This document shows positions 54,401-64,000 of a stretch of DNA of 64,000 nt, piece by piece; position 1 is the first letter of the stretch; each line of letters opens with the position of its first letter. A program made the translations under genes and the position numbers. The DNA comes from Thalia democratica (Eukaryota). The stretch is from contig OZ241831.1 in NCBI GenBank assembly GCA_965202585.1, positions 50,654,001 through 50,718,000 on the forward strand, in the 5' to 3' direction. The notes under the pieces were generated by a model that was given only the letters and a program-made list of their open reading frames with translations, was not told where the DNA came from and made no database searches.

Positions 54401-57400
54401 TTGCTTTTACTGTTTTTTTTACAAATTCAAACTTAAAGCAATCGATGTACTTTTAATTATATAATTCAAAGCTAAGTTTCGCAAATTAGCTAATAAGTAC
54501 AATGTAGTACGAAAAATATTTGGATCTAAAAACGATCATAACCAAACAACAAATCATAACACATAAGTAGCAACTTATACTTATGTACAGCAAGACATAA
54601 GTTTTGCAAAGTATAAAATTTATAGTATTTACAATCTATGCGCCCTGAAAAAGCTTGTAAAATAAAAGTATATAGAAAATGAACTCAAGTTATTAAACAT
54701 AAGTGACATTAGAATAGAGCTGAAATGTTTGATAAAAACAACTAAAACTAAAGATAGTTCAATTTTATAAAAAATTTCAAAAAAAATAACATGCATTTGT
54801 AATTTTGTGTAAGTCTACAAAACAACGACATTTTTTTTGTATAAACAGTTCTGTCGCATAAATGCAAACATAATTATAAAACTTAATTTCAAGTAATTAA
54901 AAGTAAAGCTTTTAGTTTATAATTGATTGTTAAAAAGTTTATTTTAAGTAAATAAAATAAACTTGTTTATTCAATAAAACTACAAAAAACAAATAGTCTT
55001 ATAACAAACATTAATGACGTAAATTGTTTTACAAGAAAAAAACCAGCAATACTTTTAGTTAGTGTAGTTAAGTTTATCCAATTATATCGCCCTCTTTAGA
55101 AAACCCTGACTTAAATCTAAATGAAAAGAAATATTCTTTATAAGTGTTATAATTACTTTCTTTTTTTATCCCTCTTAACCTGTAAACCAACTAAGCTTTT
55201 CCACTTTAGACTCATGTAACACAAAATAAGGTTTGGATTTTAAACAATGTATAAATCTGGCTTAACGAAAATAAATATCAGTTTATTAAAAACGCGTGTT
55301 ATCACCCTTAGGGCATTAAAACGTTTGAAGTATTTTTGATGCACTTTAATTTTTTACAAAATTTTAGTAACCATAGGTTATATTTTCATAAAAAATCCAG
55401 AGAAGTAAACAAAAACTATAACTAAAACAGTTTTAGATGTATTCAATACTATATCAGGTTTTTTTTCATTGTAAACTGAAAATAAAATACAAACTAAAAC
55501 TACAATAATATTTAATGATATTGGTAGTGCATCAATGATTTTGGCTCAACTGTAAGCGAAACCAGTTGGCTAGTAAGTGGCAATTGATATTTTTACAGCT
55601 GTAACCCCAAACAAAGTGTTGTAAGTAGTTTGAAAAAACTTACATCAATCTTTTCTAAACTATTTTTGTTGTGCTGCTAGTATTTTCAAGTTGTATTTTA
55701 AACTGCGTTATAGCTTTAAATTATGTTACATGAATTTATTTGTAAGTTAACAACTGGTCCACGATAGTACCTAAAAACATTATTTATATTTTTATCTTTT
55801 TTGCTATAGATTTACCAAAAAATTTTTTAATTTTGAAAAACAAACATTTTGAATATATTTAATTTTGAACAAACTTAACTGACTTTTAAAGGCTTTCTAA
55901 AGTAGTTGATGTCTGTGTACTTACAATCATAACTTGTTTTTTAATGATTTCTTATAACTTAATCAAGGACAATAAAGAATAGCTTTTTATTAATATAAAA
56001 CAAAAAAATGTCGATTTTAATTTTTATTTTTAAACATACACTATTTATCCTTGTAATCGCCCTTTAGCTATATGGTTTTAAACTTTTACTCCAAAAAGAC
56101 CAACAAAATAAAAAAGGGCCATTTTCATTTTTTTATAAACAAAAAATGATACTTAAGGTGTAAATTTAAAAAATTAAACCTATATGTTCTTTTTGATTAT
56201 ATTAAGTACTTATTAATGTTCAATTATAAAAAAAATTATTGGGTTAATATATAATGCTTTTAATTTTATGACAATTTAAAAAAAAAAGTTTATGTCATTT
56301 AAAGTTGAATTTTGAATTCAAGTAAAAAGTTTTTCAAAACACATATGTTTTATACAAGACAAATCTTAAATAAAAAATGAGTAAAAATTTAAAATTAATT
56401 TTTTTTTAAAGTTATAAAAAACAAAAAAAAATACATAATTTGATTAATTTTAAAGTCGTACTTAAGAGTCTTAAGTTAAGACTAGGGTAAAAAAAAATAT
56501 TACTTTTATGTTGTTAACTACAATGACACAACACAAATTTAAAAACATTATAAACTAGAGACCAATTTTTAATGAAACTAACTTAATAAAATCTTTTAAA
56601 AATCTCTCTTAATTGATGTTACAAACAATAACACAATAATACATATTAATTTTTCTTACACCTCTACATGTTTTAGTAAAAAATAGTTTGTAAGAAATAA
56701 ACTATTAAAAACTAAACGTTTTCAGATACTGGTGTAAACCATGTAAATACAAAACAAGTTCAACCTAATTTTATAAAAATGGGAAAACTTTAATTTACAG
56801 TCAACATTAAGATCATAAAATAATATTAGATACTTAATACTATCCATAGCGACCTCAGATCTTTTTACCTTTATAAAATACAAAAATATATTTTACTTCA
56901 ATATAAGTTGAAGTTATTGCAATTTTTAGGTTTATGACTTCACAATCAGTTTTGCCACAATTAAAGTCTACGTTTTTTGATATTTAATGTGTTTTAAATT
57001 ATGTGAAAGTTTTAGATACTTAAAATTAACAACTATTTTCATCTAAGACTTTTATTTTAAAGAATGTATTGATATATAGTTAGTTTGATAATTTAGTCTT
57101 ATTACATTTAAGTTTAAAAACAAAATTTAAAGTTTTGGAAATAGAAACTACCATTTAAACTAAAACTTTTCAAAAAAAAAAATCATTGACAAAAGTCTTT
57201 GAAATTTTCTACACTATATCTTAGAAATTAAAATGGAACAGAGGTAATCTTCCTCTTTTGTTTTTAAAGAACAGACATGATTGAGCTTTAGATAAACAAA
57301 AATAAAAAATGGCTAGAACCATCAAAAACATCTGTCTTAGTCTTATACAAAAACTTCGAAGAGATCTTTCGTTTATTAACAAGCAAAAATTTTCAGTTCT

Positions 57401-59711
57401 GTAAAAAACAAAAAAAATATACTAGCAACTTATTCAAATAGAACTATATTTATATTATCTTAGTTGCTGTTAATAGTTAAACCTAGAATCATTAAATTAA
57501 TTTTTTGTGGATTGTTAAAGTTTTTTTATTTATTTTAAGCTTTATTAAAATTCTTTTAGATTTTGAAAAGAAGAGTTTTAAATTAAAATTGAAGATCAAA
57601 AACTCTCTTAACTAGTAAAAAAGTATAAAAATTATACTCTGTTGCAACTTTAAATGTGCTTCATAATAAATAGTTATACAACATGGTATAAAATATATTT
57701 CAATATCTAATCAAGTTTCATTATTTTTATTTAATATCTGTTTAAAATTTCCATTTTTAAATTTATTTGTGATTTTTATTCCAAGTACCGGGGCTTTTAA
57801 ATTTTTAAGCTAATTATTTATATCCCGTTTTTTGGCAACCCTGCTAAATAAAGTAAATTGTTAGTAACCTGTATTTTTAACTTGAACTACTCACTGGTTA
57901 TTCCAGGGAGAAGCGTGTTTTGTTTTGTTTAAGACTTATGCACCCATGTTAGACTGAGAATATATGAAATGATGCATCAAAATGTGAGAGAAAATAGTTT
58001 TGAAGGTTAAGTTTCTCAACTACTTCGTTGACTTTATCAAATAACTAACTTTTTAGCTCTGCCTCTTACTGTAGCTGTATTGTAGACATTCCAACATTAG
58101 TTTTAATGTTAGCTTGAAAATTTTTTTAGAGGTTTTGCACAACTTGTAGTACTTCATAGTTTTAAAATTTTAAAAGTAGTCAAATAAAAATTACTACAAA
58201 AATCTTTCAAGGGAGTAGATGTCTGCTTTATTATGACCATTAAATGAATTTTACCAAGTAAATTTAATAAAATAAGTTTGTTAAAACTTTGACTCATCAT
58301 AATCTGACTTATATTTATTTACATTAAAAGCTGGAAAATATTTATTTTTAAACCACAAGTAGGGTTCAAAATAAATTTAATAATCAGTTTTTACTAACAG
58401 ATTAATCTATTTTTTTTAAATAGTATATTCTTTAAAAACAAAATATTGGTTTATCTATAACCAAAATATGTTGTTAAATTATTTAATGAGTTCTTTATAA
58501 AAAAAAGCTGAAGTTTTATTAAACTTTTGAATAGCTACAGTATAGATTTTTGGTACATATCAAAACTTTTTTGGGTTATACAAACTAGTAATTTTGAAAA
58601 CACTATTTGCTATCATACATAACTGTTAAATTTCAGCTCCATTTCAAACCAAAAAAAAAACCTGCTTAGCTGTTCTAAGTAAAGAGCATAATTAAAAAAA
58701 AAAATTATGTTAATAAAAACAACTTAATAATAACTGTTCGATGTAAATTCATGACATGCAAATAATTTATTATTAATTTTTTTGGTCTCATTCAAGTGTC
58801 TAAATATATGTAGCTAATGAAATAATGTTAAATGAACTGATTACTTTGTACAACTTATGTAATCTTTCAAAAAATACTTTAAATGCCTGAGGTAGAAAGA
58901 AAATTAAATTAAAATGTTAGCAGATAATATAATACAACATAACCGAGATACTAAAAACTTTTAATTAACTAGTTTTACAAGTAAGTAACAATTATACAAG
59001 TTTTTTTTATTTTCACTGTGGTGTGTATATTTGTAACACTGGTTAACTGGTAGTTTGTTTTGCATAACTTTTATACACAATATTTCACATTATATGACGT
59101 ATGTTATTTGTTTTGACCAAAAGTTAATACATGTTAAGTTTTAAGTTGAAATAGAAATCTTACCTCTATCCTGTTGCAAATTTCTTAGAAAGTTGAGGTT
59201 AACTTCAATTATGAATTTTACAAAAATGGTGACAAAAATGGCTTTTTATCAAGAACTGCATAATTGCTTAGCAGGGCTTAAAAATAAATCGAGAGAAGAG
59301 TATTATCATTGTCAAAAAACAAAGATAAGTAAAGCAAACTAAACCTGAAGCCTTAACCTATGTAAACATCTTTGATATTCATCTTTAATAACATCGATCT
59401 TAAACCAAGCTTAATGTTACAAAGTATTAAAAATTAGCGAAACGCCAAGAAGGAATCATTTTAGCAATTAAGCCTAGAGTGATAGCAAAATCTAATGCCC
59501 TAATCGAGTGGTCTACAAGCTAATTAAAATATGTGCACCTTAACGGGCTCTTCATCATTTATTTTTAATATAAGTTTATTTCTAAGTTAGCCATAGGAAC
59601 ACTTGAGACTTTTTTTTTGCTCTTCATCAAAAACTCCAGCATATCTAGTGCAAGTTTAAAAAATTAGAATGTTTTTCATGCATTCCAAAACAGATTTCTT
59701 CCATCCAAAAC

Positions 59712-59772
59712 ACATTTCGTGCACACTAGTGTGCACCGGTTCAGGACTGGTTTCCTGTTCTCTGTAAACCCC
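59712..59772 (-). CDS. Candidate upstream exon of the MBD-like gene (GFTENRKPVLNRCTLVCTKC)
   Basis: Strong pyrimidine tract ctcaccttttttcag|, donor TGT|gttttg in phase 0 matching the 51404 exon, and GC-richer than its flanks. No preceding coding exon was found. Confidence 0.35.
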
Positions 59773-62324
59773 CTGAAAAAAGGTGAGGAAAAAAAGACAG
59801 ATTGTTCAACAAAATCATTGTTCACCCAAGATTACAATTTATATAATCGATATTGTATATAAGTCTACGTTAAGAAAAGATCACAAAAAACTAAAACATA
59901 AAAATAGCTATAACTTTTATTTTAAAAAACTACATAGCTTAGAATTTAAAACTTAGTAGCTTTAATATATAACTTATACACTACAAAAATATAATTATAG
60001 TCTTTCATTTCTACTATTATGCTTTATTGGTCAAAAAAAATTTAATTGTAAAGACATAACTGTTAATACTTAAACAAGCTACCTAAAGAAAACGCTAAAC
60101 AGTTTTTGTTTAGGTTTTGAAAATTATGTTGATATGTTAAGCATACAAAAGCTTTTACCCAAGTTCATTCGAACAATAATAGTGGATGGTTGTATAAGAA
60201 AGTTATTTTTACAAATTTTAACTTTGCTCTGCCAATTCCAACCGTTTTTGTAGCTTATAAAGTATGTACTTTTATTATCAGGTCAACGAGTAAAAAAATT
60301 AACACCGGACAAATTTTTAAATTCCGTTGTTTAAAAGGAAATACAAAAGTCTTTAATCTAATTACCGAAATATGTTTTATTTTCAGAAATTGCTATTTGA
60401 TGCACGTAGTTTTGGGTCTGTAGAAACTTTTTAGAAATATGGTAATTTCTTGCTTCACGTTACTTAATTTTAATTAGTAGTTTTAAAGACTTCATTTACT
60501 TTTCGTTTTTTGTCGATGCTTTAATGTTGATATAGAACGATGTTGTCAAAGACACAGTGATCATTTATCACAAGTATCAAGCTATGCAATGTACATTGTT
60601 TGCTTTATAAGCAGCAAACGCTTACTAACATCGTGCGAAATTATAAATAAGCTGATTTGGCTGACTTATTTTATTTCTTTCTTAAAACCAGATGACTTAC
60701 CCGTTTTACAAATCTAAGAAACGTGTTCCATCAACAAAAAACGAGTGATTTAGTGCCAAAGTTTGATAAATAAAGTTTAAAACTACGCCATAGGGACGTC
60801 TGTTACATAAAAAGGATCAAAACTAGACGAAGGAATGTATTAAAAGCTCTGTTAAGAATTACTCTTCAAAATATAACTGTTTGATTTGTAAATTTTAAAT
60901 AACAAAAAGATACCAGTACAAGGTGTAATTTTCAAAAGTAAAGCTAACAATTTGCATACTAATTGAATTTCTATCTTTAAAAAATGTTCATACTAAAACA
61001 TTCCAACGTATACTCCAACAAAGTTCTCGTACTTTTTAGTGAGTTAGTGTGAATAGATAGCAGCTTGAAATATTTGATTGACCAATTAAAAAACTTAAAC
61101 GATTAATTTGCGGTATTACTTAATTGTTTAATTTAATATTATTAGAAGTATTTTTACACAACTTTAATGTTTCTGACACTAATTTAAATAAAATATTTCT
61201 TATAAAATTAAGATACGTTTTTGTGCAAGAGAAAGTATCTAAACTTTACTTAATAAATGCCAAACAACTAACCAAAGTATAAGACTATATAACATATAAC
61301 AATCATATACATTTAAATAAGAAAACGTAGAACATAAAATTATTATTCTTACTAATTTAAACTACAGTTCCTACTTTATAAGTTATGTAACATTTGTTAG
61401 TTGTAAACAAAGTTTAAGTTTATAGTACCAAGTAAATATTCCCCTACAGTAATAGTTTATATAACAAATAGATTCTGCTTTTAGATATTATTTTTGTGGT
61501 GTATTTTTAGAAATAGGTTTTCAATATATAGGTAGATATAGCATAAACTAAACTATTGAGAGTTAAATAAAATTGATCAGAGTTATCTAGCCGCAGGGGG
61601 GTTAGAAATTAATATTTTAAATCCACAATGCAAAAATAAACTGTAACTGTTTCTCTCTAAAATATAAAAACATTTATAGTAGAAACATTACTTGACGCTT
61701 TTCTTTAGGAATTTTAATGTAGGAATTATAACATAAAAAACTTTGGCATGATTAACGTTTTTTTTTTTGCATTTAAACTATTGTTAAATGTAAGACGTTT
61801 CTATGTAAGTCTTAAGTTCACTTCATATTTATATTTTTATAATATTATGTGTAAAACTAGGAGCAATAAAAACTTTAAATTATGTGTTTTTCGAACATAT
61901 AAATTTTCAATATAAAGACTAACAAAAAAACAATCAGAATCGTGTTTTTTATTTTAACAAAAAATATTAAAGTGCATTGATTATTTATTTCTTCGTTGCT
62001 TTTACACAAACATCATACTTTTGTGATAAAGAATAAGATTTGGAGTATATTCTTACGTTTATTCTATCAAAAAATATTTATTACATTGAGTTTTGTATAA
62101 AGGAATAATAGAAAAAAAATATTAAAACAAACAACGATTATATTTATAAATAACATATTTAATTTATATCAATTTATTTTATAGCTGTTTAAAAAATTCT
62201 ATATCAATTATGATATTATTTTGTAATTGTTATGCACGTAAGGTCGTGTTTTAATCAGCCTTAAAACTGTTAAAAGGTATTTGAGGGCTTTAGAGCTCTC
62301 ATTTTTCAAATGTATCTACTAGTA

Positions 62325-62716
62325 TAGCGGTGTGCAACATACAGCCCGCGGTCCGAATCCAGCCGGCCAACATTTTGAAAATTTAAGTGAAATTCAGCCA
62401 TAGAAAGGAAAACTACGGCCAAAGGTATAGTGTTTACGTTGCCAGAGATTGTAAATTTGACCCGCTGCACCTAGTTTCGGAAATTACACTTTTTCAAACC
62501 AAAAGCCAATAAAAAGTCGTTGGCGCAAATTCAGAAGACTTCAAACTTACACTAAGCATTGTAAAAAATAATTCAAACAGAATTGGCGCTTTGTAGAAAA
62601 TTATTTGGATAATTGATTAAACTTCGTAAATTAAATGAAATAGAAATGTTCCGGCCCATCAACAACTAATTTTTTTATCACATGCGGTCCGTCGACCAAA
62701 ACGATTCCAACCCCCT
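62325..62716. mobile_element. Old hAT-like MITE remnant
   Basis: Ends tagcggtgtgcaacatacagcccgcgg... and ...ccaaccccta resemble CAGGGGTGTCCAA/ACCCCTG-type termini with ggcccgc-like subterminal motifs. No target duplication seen. Confidence 0.5.
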
Positions 62717-63449
62717 ATTTTGGTAGAACGACTTACATTAGAAAATTAAAAACTAAAAGGATTTCAACCTAGATGTTCAATGTTAGCTCGGTGTGAATCG
62801 AAATAAAATTTGCAAACTACTAAAACTTACTTTAGTAAAATAATGATAACATTCGTTTTAAACACGTTATTTTAGTTTAAGTTTGCGTTCTTAGTTTTAC
62901 TAGGTATAACTTTATTTTAGTACTTTATGTCATATACTATAAATAAATAACAATCAACAATTAAGGAGTGTACAACTTTAAGATATTTTAGTTTGAAACT
63001 ACTTTAGATTACGAATGTGAAGTTAGCTTGGTAACGTTTTCAAGATTTTTAAAAAATGTTCAAACTTTAGACCCAATTATTTTCCTTATGTTAATAGCTA
63101 AATAAAAACTTTTTTGCTATTCTTGAGAACAGTCCTTTGAGTTTAATTTTAAAAAATCCATTGAATAGGGGCTTGACTTTTAGTGTGGGGCCTCTTAGAA
63201 ATAAAATAAGTTTATTTATTAATTTTTACTAAGCTCGAACTTAATAAAAAAGTTTAGAAAAAATTTTTTTTTTTCTTAATATTCATACTTATTAGTGAAT
63301 AAATTCTGTACAACATTTCTTTTTCCAACTATTAACATTTTGCACTATTTAGCTTTAATCTAGAGTGCCTAGTTCCGGAATAAGGCCAAATAAAACGAAT
63401 TTTTGACAGTTGAAATCAAAAATTATGTATAACTTTATATATATGTAAC

Positions 63450-63492
63450 ATTAAGACACGAGAGGTACCAAATATACCTCTCGTGTCTTAAT
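63450..63492. repeat. Perfect 18-bp-stem, 7-nt-loop inverted repeat bounded by TTAA
   Basis: attaagacacgagaggta-ccaaata-tacctctcgtgtcttaat. Confidence 0.95.
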
Positions 63493-63509
63493 CCTCCTTA
63501 TTATAATAG

Positions 63510-63858
63510 CTACTTTTTGGTATTGACAACTGAAGAATACTAAGAAAGTATTCTAGAGGAAGTTTATGCGGCAAACAGTAAAGTTAATTCCAGAAACAAT
63601 CCTGGAACTTCAAAGGATCATCTTGAAAATGATGAAGCATATTTTTCAGAGCAAGAAGAAGAATTTGAATTAGAGGGTTTTAAACCCATGTTAATGAAGA
63701 CCATCAGTTTTAAGGCGCATATGTGTTCTTCCAAAGCTGTAACTGGTGTTAGTGAGCATTACGGAGAATTAATAGCAACGTGCGAAAAATTTCAACGCTT
63801 GCTGTGCAAAGCAAGTGTTACAGAAGAAGAAATACTAATTTTTAATACATTTATTTGT
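63510..63858 (+). pseudogene. Exon-like acidic coding segment with one in-frame stop; parent gene unknown
   Basis: ataatag| acceptor, frame YFLVLTTEEY*ESILEEVYAANS...EQEEEFELEGFKPMLMK...FIC open for 106 codons after the TAA at 63541, and a perfect |gtaagt donor at 63859. Confidence 0.4.
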
Positions 63859-64000
63859 GTAAGTCAAATTTTGTTCCAAAATTAAACTGCTACTAGTTTA
63901 AACTATTAACATTCTAAATGTGATATCTTTACTAACAAATATGGTAGGTTCAAAGTTAGAATTTTCTTGATGTGTGACACGTAAAATACTAAACTTTCTT

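Noticed and set aside
50798-55108. cagggtttttcaa ... ttagaaaaccctg as one 4.3-kb transposon that captured the MBD-like exon
   Set aside because: The ends match at only 11/13 and the flanks (tgttaaac vs acttaaat) are not a convincing duplication. Unrelated solo ends are more likely.
4645-60423. Short Phe/Ile/Leu/Lys-rich ORFs (4645, 7182, 11554, 29740, 33776, 34396, 39570, 41834, 45039, 47607, 60190 and similar)
   Set aside because: Composition is what AT-rich non-coding or MITE DNA gives by chance.
60701-60799. Segment with an acceptor and perfect gtaagt donor as a further coding exon of the MBD-like gene
   Set aside because: All three frames contain stops; at best a 5' UTR exon, unsupported.

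Overview
Very AT-rich (roughly 25% GC by eye) eukaryotic DNA from a ciliated animal, probably an invertebrate. No prokaryotic, rRNA, tRNA or CRISPR features were seen. I rebuilt three spliced genes by hand from splice sites and reading-frame continuity. (1) A + strand 13-exon PH-domain/coiled-coil gene (7007-14690, about 761 aa). Its last two exons and 3' flank are duplicated at the window start with a 14,194-bp period. (2) A - strand 7-exon SAXO/FAM154-like microtubule inner protein with 12 Mn-type repeats (36912-26210, 429 aa). (3) A - strand gene not visible as one ORF in the track (at least 51404-42814, over 430 aa). It joins a divergent methyl-CpG-binding-domain (MBD)-like fold, a basic Arg-rich linker, three duplicated acidic phase-2 exons and an unassigned helical C-terminal domain. 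This is the best novelty candidate. The rest is a 2.8-kb tandem duplication, three Kolobok-type TTAA non-autonomous elements, two Penelope-like retroelements, small hairpins and MITE remnants. One Penelope forms a 366-bp foldback. The other is nested in a DNA transposon with a 6-bp target duplication and has a degenerate hammerhead-like motif. All protein family calls come from motif recognition by eye, not database searches.
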